This document shows positions 38,001 through 45,712 of a stretch of DNA of 64,000 nucleotides, piece by piece. A model generated the notes under the pieces. It did not search any database, was not told the DNA's origin, and worked only from the letters and a program-made list of their open reading frames with translations. Positions within the stretch are counted from its first letter, which is position 1. Each line of letters begins with the position of its first letter. A program made the translations under genes and the position numbers. Origin of the DNA: a virus; IMG/VR virus record IMGVR_UViG_3300045988_153198, one strand, 5' to 3'.

Positions 38001-38402
38001 TGTTTGATATAAATTATTATAATCTGCCATCAAACGATTTAATTGACCACTTAATTCTGTAATCTGACGAGTATTTTTTGTTCCATCTAACCCACCCATT
38101 TGAATACGGATAGAACTAATTCTTTTTTGCAAATTCATTAAATCACTGTAAGCTCTATTTACTTCAGCAACAGTTCTTTGAATACCTCCAGCATTACCGC
38201 CCGAACCACCATTTAAAGTGATTTTGATATTACTCAAACTTTGAATCTGCTTTTTTATACCATTAATCTGAGATTGTACATTTTGTGTATCAATCTTTAA
38301 TTTAATAGGATTTGTCTGTAAATTATTTATTTGGCTTTTTATGGCATCAAGTTCTCCAGACTTGAGTTCAGCACCAAGTAAGACTTTAAATTCTTCAGCC
38401 AT
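29070..38402 (-). CDS. tail tape measure protein (3110 aa)
   Basis: Long coiled-coil sequence with a TP901-type TMP core (AIEYVADIFDKLGNEYAVTAADVGSALTKCASAMEVAGNSIQETSAMATGITEV...AGSALKILSMRLRG). Five ~22-aa tandem repeats, a Gly/Ser-rich tract and a PSKPST linker. Confidence 0.85.
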   Translation of the reverse strand: MAEEFKVLLGAELKSGELDAIKSQINNLQTNPIKLKIDTQNVQSQINGIKKQIQSLSNIKITLNGGSGGNAGGIQRTVAEVNRAYSDLMNLQKRISSIRIQMGGLDGTKNTRQITELSGQLNRLMADYNNLYQTFNRSFSTDQLDNLNRAFETTNNKITALDAKMADTSAIKSQEAAYKELLAVSKQISNIELKIGGLKSIGGHSNEIAELESQLQLLQSTYQNLATSFQGQLSPTQLTNLGNIIYDTRDKLAQLDAKVADTKAKLASDIQVKVNTGSFDKQLTTLETNFNKLSTSGKSVITDIDAVRQALSNMKSAVASGDMQGLITSYQQYQTALKSTTNQVDIMIQKERELANSEKLASAKTALSSQMDVWLRENSAAASQFGTQIDQLKVRLQSCDATSFGSIKAEFQEITRQAELAGKATLTFGDRLKNQLSKLGTYFSATMMITQTIRGLRSMYDNVVDVDTAMTGLYRVTDLSANQYSALYDQMISSAKEYGATLSDIITSTADWVRLGFNAGDAERLSEITAMYQHVTDLDNATAVENLVTAYKGYQDQLMNMFNGDSTKAIEYVADIFDKLGNEYAVTAADVGSALTKCASAMEVAGNSIQETSAMATGITEVTQNADKAGSALKILSMRLRGTEAKDLEELGEDTDGLISNTGKLRDTIQDLSNVDIMTDNGDFKSTYEIMDGIYEEWKEMRDTDKASLLETIAGKNRASEVAALLNNWEQVRSAMQAATDAEGTASAENEKYMQSLKGHLDTLTAAWQALSNSFLSSDFLSGALEGLTSFLSGLDAVINKVEVLPTLIGGITAALSVKNVGIFKTIEDEASASGLRITNIFSQAFAALKTNSTFSFGTEFNAQLQNDIACINNFKAAVASGTPPVEALKNCLLTASQSAVEYVTSMEASSLSTDEFATKQKMAAVTAKAQSKSLVTAKALINDYNNQCRNSGLAQTDFLKAVGQSNSGLAKYLSGLNGAKGSLAGYVTSLVGAKAASIALQAATMALNVAITMGISMAISGLISMISKWVNAEKEARDAALETGNAAKDSASNIIELYNAYSSANAAYESNTGSKESLEAATDSLLSALGIEESQIQKLKEEYGGLDEAINQVTMDSLKDKLSELTSGYEAAIDELKDKTKDGILKDFGTIDFSKQNGAYKEDAYVKALEKAGFKASDNFSYFGGYQGTTIDIGDTSTLEGIMKAYEKLKDMRTALEEGIGDDYSREELAQNDLYKSINGKIGDFEDEYKNVLDYVDKINDVAAQLQYMDIVKTDGVPQSKEQFDALKQSMVDAAKENQNFVGSQDQINDAITNTLSDIPELSQFFNDVGDSAENATKATKEQLESLKNTFQSNDISDWFDSLSDDDKQLIYEISVKSDDTTLWTLSKWKQELSDMSAAGKTSEESLQSFYDVMNNTEDGNFSDKVNDYLDKVQSLKDALTKIDTGELTDTEKVSLALDFPELAGHTGDIDSLRAAIASLIDTSNQGINEEIDSQIKALGGDGTAAASALESLREMLNAIGNTSGWNFDIDAEIEKFNNLYDAMKESVSGTGLSTEGIKNVEAMFSGLKGYDPSVLFERTEHGIHLNTTALRALQSQYESTTKLGIQERLQDLKQEYNDSAKAVEGLTKGTEAYNKALSDKGLRSTDDILADIENVQTLAAQYEGLTSAYNKWVMAQSAGEEGDMYDNITGSLEDIKKLYDDGLVGTNAFRSAVQMMTNEDLSTANIDKLISVYESGYPTMQKYFQDSSDGCINFLKDVESLNSEWAHMNSDGSWDINFGIGNDEEIAKAISDMTGLQMSTEEVQILMRKLSDYGFDIKLDSAYTSVDELKSKIEETEGKLKELGQEPVDIDVNATDAEAELEKAKGKIQEINDSDASVEVKTAQLDDAYAKIDVLVAKVNQPAFMTIDVSQVDSELQGSLGTLQEYQNAVNNLNALQIKGADTSEIEAAKGKVDELAGKIKDLPAETKTKIGLEADDSVEDIKSKISSGDVKIPVSADTSQAETEISSINGQDVKVNVTTSGNEAIDNLKSAIDGIKDKNVTITATAVGKDSIKGLKTATTNLTNKNVTATATPVGKDGVDALKKSIDSLYNKTVTSTAKVVGTNLVVALKTAIDNLYNKTVSVGANVFGTAAVRSLKSAIDSLYSKTVTATTVTKKVAGVDGTAHANGTAFAQGDWGTKENGVALGGELGQELVVRNGKFFTIGDKSAEFFKYQKGDIIFNAAQTKEIFEKGKITHGTGRGKALAEGTAFSSGSGRFTSGGKTKHTTSGGGGRGSSKSGGGSSGGKSSSSSSSSSKDDKETFDWIETAIDRLERAISRLDLKASSVYKSWGTRNSALKSQISEIGNEIDLQSKGYNRYIQQAKSVGLSADWAKKVREGKVDIDTISDKNLQDKIKEYQEWYEKALDCKDAIEELKETQAELYKTAFDNVATKYEGILGVIDHEKSMLDEYISQSEAKGYITSANYYKAQISAEKKNIKELQNEKANLLTALQNGVNSGTIKQGSEAWYEMVNQIDEVTLSIEQANTTVLELNKSIREVDWQVFDLLQERISYITTEADFLINLMENDKLYDDKGQLTNEGKSTMGLHGVNYNVYMAQADKYAQEIAKIDKDLAKDPYNQDLAQRRQELLELQQEMILAAEDEKEAIRDMVKEGIELELDALQELIDKYTDALDRQKDLYDYQKKVAEQTKEIASIEKQMSAYEGDDSEETKAKIQKLKVSLEDAKSDLEDTQYDKYISDQKQLLDDLYNEYETILNQRLDNLDALITDMIGQINTNAGTISTTLSEKADSVGYTLSESMTTIWDTNSTKITTVLTTYGQNIQNGISSAATTVNSAIGMINTNLATMIGQLNTLANTKAQSAASLSAANSPQSKPSTTPSKPSTPSKPSTPKTGSGNGKAEVGDKVKYNSGIYYEDSYGGGRHGSHNRGGSVYITKIHKGSPYPYHISTGKRLGSGDLGWLKLSQISGYATGVKNLPNSELAWTQEGNKEEYIIRKSDGAILTPIAKKGSVLNHEASGNIWNMANNPSDFIRDNLDLGATQNIPNNGSSQNVYNQNLESVVFSFPNIKNYEQLLREMQKDKNFEKLILSMTIDRVAGKSSLSKRNAIR

Positions 38403-38427
38403 CTATGTAATCACTCCTTTCTGGTGC

Positions 38428-38452
38428 ATTAAAAAACGCACCACCAAAGGTG
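38428..38452 (-). terminator. second intrinsic terminator between integrase and TMP genes
   Basis: Stem CGCACC/GGTGCG with a 6-nt loop, then minus-sense TTTTTT. Confidence 0.6.
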
Positions 38453-38463
38453 CGATAATGTTC

Positions 38464-38498
38464 AAAATAAAAAGCGATATGGATTTACTCCATATCGC
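38464..38498 (-). terminator. intrinsic terminator overlapping the integrase stop codon
   Basis: 10-bp stem GCGATATGGA/TCCATATCGC with a 5-nt loop, then minus-sense TTTTTATTTT. Confidence 0.65.
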
Positions 38499-39555
38499 CA
38501 TTTTCAATCTCATCAAGTTCAGCTTTAAAAGATTCTTCTTCTAAAGCTGCTTTCAACTTATCAAGATTTTTCCATTTTCTATCTTTGGCAGTTGCATCAT
38601 TATAAATGTCAACCAAAGCATCACTTGACCATTTCTGTAATTCCTGAATAAGTTCTTTTTCAAGACCAATACTCAGAAGATATGTAGTCCAGAAATGTCT
38701 ACCAGCATGAGGATACCAATGTTTATCAAGAACATCATCCCATTTTTCCATCCAACTACGAATAGTTGAAATCAATGCTGGTTCTCCGTCAGGACGAATA
38801 AATATAAAATTATGGTCTTTTCCAGTTTCTTTCATAATCTGTTCTCTAACTGGAAGCCACTGTTTATAATAAGGAAGAAAAATATCCTTAATTAAGTATC
38901 GAGGAATATACTTTCCGTTTACTCCACGACCTTTAACACGAACATCCTCTGTAGTTTCCAGAAACAATCCTTCAAAAGCAGTATGATTTTCGTCAATCAT
39001 ATCTGTAGTGAATCGTAATAATTCACTTGCTCTTGAACCAGAGGACATAATTAAAGCCAACAAACATTGTTCGTTGACTTTACCCTGTTCGCCAAGCCAA
39101 TCCATTAGCTTGTCCAATTCTTCTTTTTTAAATACAGATTTCTTTCGAACTGCTTCTTTTGGCAGTTTTTCAATCTTAGGAAGTAAATTCCTAAATGTTG
39201 GATATTTTTCATCGTAAATATTTTCAATCCATGTACTAAAGCTTGATAAACAACTATGCATTTGAGCATAACGATTTGAACCCCATTTCAGCTCAGTAAC
39301 ACAAAAATCAAAGAAATCCATTAATTCATATTTCTTTATATCTACAAAAAACTTATTCTCATTCCAAAGAATGTTCCAACACATAAAGATATTTAAGTTT
39401 GAACGATAACTAATTACAGAATTAGGAGAGCGTTTGGTGGCAAAATTTTTCAAAAATCTATCAGCCAACTGTTGATTTTTTGGATTTATTTGAGCAATCA
39501 GTTCTGGTGAAGTAATCACTTTTCTGAATGTCTCTCGACCTTTTCTTCTTGCCAT
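38485..39555 (-). CDS. int: tyrosine recombinase/integrase (356 aa)
   Basis: Catalytic-domain signatures SGSRASELLRF (Arg), HAGRHFWTTYL (HxxR) and LVDIYND (Tyr). An N-terminal SAM-like domain is present. Confidence 0.8.
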   Translation of the reverse strand: MARRKGRETFRKVITSPELIAQINPKNQQLADRFLKNFATKRSPNSVISYRSNLNIFMCWNILWNENKFFVDIKKYELMDFFDFCVTELKWGSNRYAQMHSCLSSFSTWIENIYDEKYPTFRNLLPKIEKLPKEAVRKKSVFKKEELDKLMDWLGEQGKVNEQCLLALIMSSGSRASELLRFTTDMIDENHTAFEGLFLETTEDVRVKGRGVNGKYIPRYLIKDIFLPYYKQWLPVREQIMKETGKDHNFIFIRPDGEPALISTIRSWMEKWDDVLDKHWYPHAGRHFWTTYLLSIGLEKELIQELQKWSSDALVDIYNDATAKDRKWKNLDKLKAALEEESFKAELDEIENGDME

Positions 39556-39579
39556 TGAATCATCTCCCTTCTATAGAAT

Positions 39580-40029
39580 TTACGCTAAAGGAATACCAGC
39601 ATCAATAAGCATACGTTTTAAAATATTGTATGCTTCAGAACTAAGAATACCAATCGGTTCATCCCAAATGGCAGTACCACTTGCATATCCTCCATGAGAA
39701 CCATGAGCAGCAGCAGTAAGTGTTTTTTCTTCTGACCAACCTTTGTTTGGTACAGTAACACTACCAATAGTTTTCATAGCATAATCCAAAGCACCAATAT
39801 CAAAATAAACACAAGCTTCATATCCATTACCTGTAGATTTAATATCTGATTTTACCAAAGACCTATACAATTGATATGTTCTTTCGTAAACTTCAGGAGA
39901 AAATTCTGCATAGTATTCTTTAACAAATCTATCAATAACCTGATAAACCTGTTCTTGTGCTTTTTGAACTGCTGGTTGCATACGTGATAAAATGTAACTT
40001 TTAAGTGCATCAACTGAATCAAAAGTCAT
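39580..40029 (-). CDS. hypothetical protein (149 aa)
   Basis: Packed ORF in the tail region. No family recognised. Confidence 0.45.
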   Translation of the reverse strand: MTFDSVDALKSYILSRMQPAVQKAQEQVYQVIDRFVKEYYAEFSPEVYERTYQLYRSLVKSDIKSTGNGYEACVYFDIGALDYAMKTIGSVTVPNKGWSEEKTLTAAAHGSHGGYASGTAIWDEPIGILSSEAYNILKRMLIDAGIPLA

Positions 40030-40041
40030 TTATATCACTCC

Positions 40042-40650
40042 TTATTTTGTGGCAGCCTTTTTAATTGCTGCATCATGATTCTGTCTTTTCTGTTCTTTTT
40101 CATAAATTCTATTCTTAAACATATCTGTTTCTGAATAAGCTTGTAATATTCTCTCAGGAGTAAGCTCATCAGAAATACTATTTAATTTCATTGCCATTTC
40201 CATCATACCTTCAGTATCAACATCGTTAATTTTCTGTTCTACCGTATGAAGTAATGATGTTAAAGCATCTTCCAGAGTATTCTTGTGAATACCTGTACGA
40301 TACTCAATATTTTCATCAACTGCCTTCTCTAATTCAGCAATTAGCTTTTTATCAACATTTGCTTTGACAATTTCTACAATATTTGTATCATCCAGAAATT
40401 CCTCAATAATACTAATTGGACTTGGTGAATCCTGAAGTTCAGGAACAACAACATCTGTAAAGACATTGACAATCTGAAAATCAAACACCAAATCACGAAT
40501 AACTGAATAATAATTTGTATCAATCAAAGTATCACAAACTGCATTGATAAATTTAATCTTATCTACCGCACGAAGTTCGGTGTAAAAATTAAAAGGAATA
40601 CTTTCGTTTTTATAAGTGTATGCACCTGTTTTAACATTCTTTGTAATCAT
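40042..40650 (-). CDS. hypothetical protein (202 aa)
   Basis: Packed ORF with a GGAGG RBS. No family recognised. Confidence 0.45.
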   Translation of the reverse strand: MITKNVKTGAYTYKNESIPFNFYTELRAVDKIKFINAVCDTLIDTNYYSVIRDLVFDFQIVNVFTDVVVPELQDSPSPISIIEEFLDDTNIVEIVKANVDKKLIAELEKAVDENIEYRTGIHKNTLEDALTSLLHTVEQKINDVDTEGMMEMAMKLNSISDELTPERILQAYSETDMFKNRIYEKEQKRQNHDAAIKKAATK

Positions 40651-40661
40651 AGAATTACCTC

Positions 40662-41186
40662 CTACATATGAATCTCTGACATAAATTTCTCTACATCATA
40701 TTTATAATTACTTCTCATTAATTGTTGGTCAATTCTGACCCCTTTATTTTTAAATACATCGGCTTCATTAAAACTTTTTTTTGTGGAATCTTTTGTCATT
40801 TCGAGAAAATCTGAAATAGACTGAAAATATGTATGATTGGTATATCTGAAATTATATATAAATCCAGACACTATCGAAAAACGATTAATTTTTTGCAATC
40901 CTTGAATCTGATTTTTTCTAATCATAAAAGTTTGCTTTTTACTTTTATCCTCAAAATCTTCTCTCCAATAAGAGATAGAAGTATTCTGTGTACTTTTTAA
41001 TTCCAATGCATACATAGTTTTGGTATCTGGATTATAAAGAAAAATATCACAAGGATTTTGTATTGTGAATCTCAATCCAGTTTTAATAGAAGAGAAGCTT
41101 TCTGCTGGGTCTGGTATCCTAAAGTAATATACATTTTCAGGAACAGAATTTTTAAAAGCTAACTCAAATTTTTTACCTTCGTTCAT
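40662..41186 (-). CDS. RecU-like PD-(D/E)xK Holliday-junction resolvase (174 aa)
   Basis: GKKFELAFKN...CDIFLYNPDTKTMYALELKST...IRKNQIQGLQKI...SGFIYNF follows the RecU pattern G..fE / D / ElK / Q...L. Confidence 0.55.
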   Translation of the reverse strand: MNEGKKFELAFKNSVPENVYYFRIPDPAESFSSIKTGLRFTIQNPCDIFLYNPDTKTMYALELKSTQNTSISYWREDFEDKSKKQTFMIRKNQIQGLQKINRFSIVSGFIYNFRYTNHTYFQSISDFLEMTKDSTKKSFNEADVFKNKGVRIDQQLMRSNYKYDVEKFMSEIHM

Positions 41187-41403
41187 TATCTTCTTTCTGA
41201 ATCTGGCTATTTTTCCACAAAAGTTTTAATCGTTCATGGTCTGCTTTAGTGAATACAAAAACAAAATGCATTTTATCATCTACAAAAATATCAACTAAAG
41301 TAGCCCCATGAAAACAGTAAAATGCCGATTGTAAAGTATTTCTGAAGAATACATGGTTTTCATCTTCATAATACTTTCCAGTAATAGCACTTTTTGATTT
41401 CAT
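41173..41403 (-). CDS. hypothetical 76-aa protein
   Basis: ORF overlapping the next gene by 14 nt. Confidence 0.4.
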   Translation of the reverse strand: MKSKSAITGKYYEDENHVFFRNTLQSAFYCFHGATLVDIFVDDKMHFVFVFTKADHERLKLLWKNSQIQKEDNERR

Positions 41404-41499
41404 ATATTCACCTTTCCGTAAAAAAAAAGGAAAACACTAAAACACAAAATGTGAATAATATTTTCCTTTTATTATTTTTCAACTAAACACTATTCACAC

Positions 41500-41892
41500 T
41501 TAATCATTTAAAGTGGGAACAGTATCTTTTTCTGTTTCCACTACGTTAGCAGACTTTTTCTTTCGAACTGCTTTTTTAGGCTTTTCTTCGTCAACCGTAT
41601 TTTCTTCTAAAATAGATTGTTCAACATAATCCATAATTTTATGGATTGCAGCCTTCACCTCTGGTCTAAAGGTATCAACATCAGATAAATCAACTAACTG
41701 TAGTTTTTCTTTTGCTTCTTTATCACTATATACACCTGTAGTATGTCCATGCAAAATCTGGTAAATTTTGTAATGCTCAGATGTATCTGTATGAAGTTGC
41801 CAAGGTCTTAATCTCACCATATCTTTGCAAGAAAGACACATATGATAACCCTTTCCGCATATCATACAATTTGCATTAATATTTTCTGCCAT
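41500..41892 (-). CDS. zinc-finger protein with Lys-rich tail (130 aa)
   Basis: CMICGKGYHMCLSCK near the N-terminus and KPKKAVRKKKS near the C-terminus. Confidence 0.45.
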   Translation of the reverse strand: MAENINANCMICGKGYHMCLSCKDMVRLRPWQLHTDTSEHYKIYQILHGHTTGVYSDKEAKEKLQLVDLSDVDTFRPEVKAAIHKIMDYVEQSILEENTVDEEKPKKAVRKKKSANVVETEKDTVPTLND

Positions 41893-41959
41893 TACAATTA
41901 CCTCCAGTTAAAATAGGGCATAGGAGCAAAAGTCACTACACCCTATCTTTTATGAAAAA

Positions 41960-42772
41960 TTAGTCCTGTGCAACAATGATTGTAAAGAGCTTATCTTCAC
42001 CTTCATCTGAACAGTAATCTTTCATCATAGTAAACTCAAATGCGTGTTTACCTGTTGAGGTAAGAGCAAGTTCAACCTGTTCTGGATTAAGCTTTGCTCT
42101 AGGACAAATAATCTTTCCAGAATATACAGTGTTTTCATCACACTTATCTCTAAAGTAAGCGTAAATAACAAGACTACAAGCTTTCGGAAACTCAGAAGCT
42201 TTGTTGACAATTTCAATTGCCTTTTCTGTTTCATACTGATACTCTACATACACCTTACTTCCGTTTAATCCAGATGGAAGTGTAATTTCTTTACCACTAA
42301 TGCTAAATGTAACATCATTTTCTTTTGTTGGTGCTGTAGCAGCAGCAGTATATGCAGTTCCAATTTCACCGCCTACAACACTATAAACATATTTTAATGT
42401 TGAAGTATCGTTTTCTTTGACAGGTTCATTGTTTAAAGTAACTTTTCCTCCTGAAACTGTAAGAATCTCATAAGTCCAATCAACAATCTTAGAAGTTGAT
42501 GAAGCAACCTTCTTTTCAGCACCATACTGATGAGCAGCAAGGTCAAGAGAAATCAGAGAGTTTGTAGCAGAGAAAGTAGCTTTCTTTGCACGATATAAAG
42601 TTGTAATTACTGCACCAATAGCATCAGTAACCTCTTCTCCTTCAGCTGTACACTGAAGAGAAGGCTCTTCAAGAGAAGTTAATCTGAAAAGTAATTTTCC
42701 AGTTGCAATATCATGTGTAACTAAAGAACGAACTCTGTCCAGAATCAACTCATTTTTATTAAAATCAGCCAT
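41960..42772 (-). CDS. major tail protein candidate (270 aa)
   Basis: GGAGG lies 8 nt before ATG 42772 (MADFNKNEL...). Beta-rich sequence preceded and followed by hairpin terminators, consistent with a highly expressed unit. Confidence 0.45.
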   Translation of the reverse strand: MADFNKNELILDRVRSLVTHDIATGKLLFRLTSLEEPSLQCTAEGEEVTDAIGAVITTLYRAKKATFSATNSLISLDLAAHQYGAEKKVASSTSKIVDWTYEILTVSGGKVTLNNEPVKENDTSTLKYVYSVVGGEIGTAYTAAATAPTKENDVTFSISGKEITLPSGLNGSKVYVEYQYETEKAIEIVNKASEFPKACSLVIYAYFRDKCDENTVYSGKIICPRAKLNPEQVELALTSTGKHAFEFTMMKDYCSDEGEDKLFTIIVAQD

Positions 42773-42801
42773 TTTGTTTTCCTCCATTTTTCTAAATTTT
42801 T

Positions 42802-42828
42802 GCAAAAAAATAGAACCTACTTAGGTTC
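42802..42828 (-). terminator. hairpin plus T-run upstream of the major tail gene
   Basis: Stem GAACC/GGTTC, extendable to 7 bp, overlapping the upstream stop codon, then minus-sense TATTTTTTTGC. Confidence 0.45.
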
Positions 42829-43651
42829 AAATATCTCCAGTCCAATCTAATCGAGATTTGTCGATTCCTTTTAGACTGGCAAATCCAGAATATGCACCTT
42901 GCAAAAGTAACTCTGCATCCTGAATTTTATTAACTCTTTTTATGTTGTCAAAAAACATATTTATCTTCATGTTCCAAATTCTATCATCACCACATTGATT
43001 GCACTTGACAGTCAAAGAAGATACTAAAGGCTTTAAAACACTTTTATAAGGTCTTTGCATAGCTGCGAAAGCTTCATCTCTTGCATCTTCAATCAAATCC
43101 ATTTTCGTACGTTCATTTGCTGGCTTTTGATTATTTCTTTTGAATCCATGAATTTTTCGAACAACATCAACAATTTGAGAATAAATACATCTGTCAATTG
43201 TGATGTCATTATTACTATCATATAAAATTCTTTCTTCACTATCCTTTAATTTACACAATGAAAAATTTGCTAAGTCAACATCCTTTAAAACCAATTCTAA
43301 AGGATTAATCAACATTTCTTGCAAATCTTCTTCTGAAATAGAAGAAAGTTCATTCTGATATTTTTCAGGATGTTCAGTCAGTTCTTTATATATAGTTTTT
43401 TTACTTGCCACCATTTGCCAAAGCAGAGTAGTAAACAAATCATAATCATTAATTTTAGTATAATCTTTCCCCATATCCCACAACTGCCATTTCATATCAG
43501 CACCAACACTGACAAGTGTATGTACCGCACTGAAATATCGTCTTTCACCAAATTTTTCAATTTGGTCAAGTGTAGGTTGAGTCACAATTATTTTGGGAGT
43601 AATTTGAATATCGCTCCCACGATATATTTTTAATTCATCAAATTCAACCAT
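42827..43651 (-). CDS. hypothetical protein (274 aa)
   Basis: GAGAGGTG RBS before ATG 43651. The track start at 43666 is a TTG. Confidence 0.45.
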   Translation of the reverse strand: MVEFDELKIYRGSDIQITPKIIVTQPTLDQIEKFGERRYFSAVHTLVSVGADMKWQLWDMGKDYTKINDYDLFTTLLWQMVASKKTIYKELTEHPEKYQNELSSISEEDLQEMLINPLELVLKDVDLANFSLCKLKDSEERILYDSNNDITIDRCIYSQIVDVVRKIHGFKRNNQKPANERTKMDLIEDARDEAFAAMQRPYKSVLKPLVSSLTVKCNQCGDDRIWNMKINMFFDNIKRVNKIQDAELLLQGAYSGFASLKGIDKSRLDWTGDI

Positions 43652-43662
43652 ATTCACACCTC

Positions 43663-44151
43663 TCAATCATCTTTGTCACACAAAGAATCATTCACATCTT
43701 TTGTAGTGAATACCATTTTTCTGTAAACATAATCCTGTTGATATGAACCTTCCACATTTGATGCTAATTGCAATTCTCCAATACCAAAATCAGAACGACC
43801 ATTTAACTTTGCATCAATAAGCTCAGATAAATAATCATTCCTATTTTCAGTAATCTTTGGAATATTATCTACAATCATATGTTTTTCATGTGAAATAATC
43901 CAGATTTCAATAGTAGGATATATATATACTTTTTCAGTATAAGATTGTGGAATATGTACTTGAACAGTAATAAAAGTTTGAACAGTATTAATTGTATTTG
44001 GATTTTGGTGATAATCAAATATATGTGTTCCCTTTAGCTTCTCAGGGGATGTGATTTCAGAACTGTTAATGGCTTGCACAATATTTTTATCCTTAATAAA
44101 TTCCTTAATGATTTTATTTTTTGCTCTTTTGATAATTGAACTATTTGCCAT
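43663..44151 (-). CDS. hypothetical head-tail region protein (162 aa)
   Basis: Start overlaps the upstream stop codon. Confidence 0.45.
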   Translation of the reverse strand: MANSSIIKRAKNKIIKEFIKDKNIVQAINSSEITSPEKLKGTHIFDYHQNPNTINTVQTFITVQVHIPQSYTEKVYIYPTIEIWIISHEKHMIVDNIPKITENRNDYLSELIDAKLNGRSDFGIGELQLASNVEGSYQQDYVYRKMVFTTKDVNDSLCDKDD

Positions 44152-45212
44152 TACAACAATGATTCAATTCTAACAATCAAAGTAGAAGAGTAGTTTCCAT
44201 CTTCGTCAGACAAAACTAACTTAATATCTTCATCAACATATTGGTCATTATCAATACCAATAATTATCTGATTGTCAGACTTACTTACCTCCAAAACATC
44301 TTTAAAGCCACAGACAATATCCCATTTGCATGAAATGTCTGTAATTTCATTTCCTTTATCATCGTAGAATTTACCTATAAATGTTTGTGCATCACCGCCA
44401 GATTTAATAACCGTAGTGTCATATATAATGACGGATTTAGAAATAAGCAAATTATCTGAATTATCTGACTTTATATCAGATTTATCAATATAATCACAAA
44501 TACCTAAATCAATCCTATCAGTTTTAGAATTACTGGCATATTCCATAACAGTCAGTTTTACCAATCCCTTTTTACCATAGTTATAACTGGTTGAGTCATT
44601 TTGAGTAATGATAAATGATGTAGGACTTTCTTTATTTTTATCCAAAAAGAATCTTTGAGGACTGCTTAGACCTACCGTATTCTCATCACAGGGTAATGTC
44701 AACATATGTTGAGATGAACCAACCGTGAACTGTTTATTTGATTGTTCTCCAGAGTTGTATTGAGTAGCATTTATATCTGTACATGGATATTCCAAAATAT
44801 CCCCAGATTTATTTTGCCATCTCAAAATCCAATTACAAAATGTAAATCTTCCTTGCCAATGAATTGTATCAATATTGAAAGATTCCGTACAAATCCAATA
44901 TTCATCAGATACAGAATCATACACAATATCTCCAACAATTACAGGAGTATCAATCAAAGTCTGAAACTTCATTGTAATACCATTAGCATTAGAAAATTTC
45001 CTATCATAAAATCTTACCTTTATCTGTTCTTTTTCTTCGTAAGATTTTAGTCCTAATTCCCAAAAATAAATTCCAACAGCACAAGCAGCATCATCAGCAA
45101 ATGTAGCTTCCAATAACTGTTTGCTATTGTTGATATTTTCGTTCCTTAACGAACCGCCATTACGTTCCATTTTGGCTACAAATCTATCCAAACATTTCAA
45201 CGATGCCACCAC
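44151..45212 (-). CDS. hypothetical structural protein (353 aa)
   Basis: Long ORF with a GTG start. Start position uncertain. Confidence 0.4.
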   Translation of the reverse strand: MVASLKCLDRFVAKMERNGGSLRNENINNSKQLLEATFADDAACAVGIYFWELGLKSYEEKEQIKVRFYDRKFSNANGITMKFQTLIDTPVIVGDIVYDSVSDEYWICTESFNIDTIHWQGRFTFCNWILRWQNKSGDILEYPCTDINATQYNSGEQSNKQFTVGSSQHMLTLPCDENTVGLSSPQRFFLDKNKESPTSFIITQNDSTSYNYGKKGLVKLTVMEYASNSKTDRIDLGICDYIDKSDIKSDNSDNLLISKSVIIYDTTVIKSGGDAQTFIGKFYDDKGNEITDISCKWDIVCGFKDVLEVSKSDNQIIIGIDNDQYVDEDIKLVLSDEDGNYSSTLIVRIESLL

Positions 45213-45224
45213 CTTTCAAATTTA

Positions 45225-45689
45225 TTATGGTTTTAATTTATCTTTCTTATATCCACCAAACGAAACACCATTTTCTTTTGCACTCATCCAAGCATAGCGA
45301 GAGAGTAGTGTTTCGTTTTCAGCCAAATAAGTTTTGTGCATTGCCATCAATTTATCCAACATATTTGCTGGTGAAAAAGCGTTGAAATCGCTTGAGCTTA
45401 AATTGACTTTTAACAAAGTTGGGGTACGAACATAAGTAGAATCAATATATTCCAAGAGTACATAATTACTAAGAATCTCAATTTCTGTGTCAGATAATTC
45501 TGAATTAAATTGCTCTTTAGTATCATCTCTATCGTTTAAATCTTTCCGACAAATATGAAATCTTGAAATCGCTGGAATAAAATAATCATGCAAATATTCC
45601 TTAACCTCTTCTTCGGTCATAAGAGGGATTTCATAACTCTTGAACTTAGGTAAAAGATTCTCATATATTTTTTCATATGGAGTAGGCAT
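45225..45689 (-). CDS. hypothetical head-tail connector region protein (154 aa)
   Basis: Position downstream of the capsid gene. Confidence 0.4.
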   Translation of the reverse strand: MPTPYEKIYENLLPKFKSYEIPLMTEEEVKEYLHDYFIPAISRFHICRKDLNDRDDTKEQFNSELSDTEIEILSNYVLLEYIDSTYVRTPTLLKVNLSSSDFNAFSPANMLDKLMAMHKTYLAENETLLSRYAWMSAKENGVSFGGYKKDKLKP

Positions 45690-45712
45690 GATTATTCACC
45701 CCCTTTTCTTAC

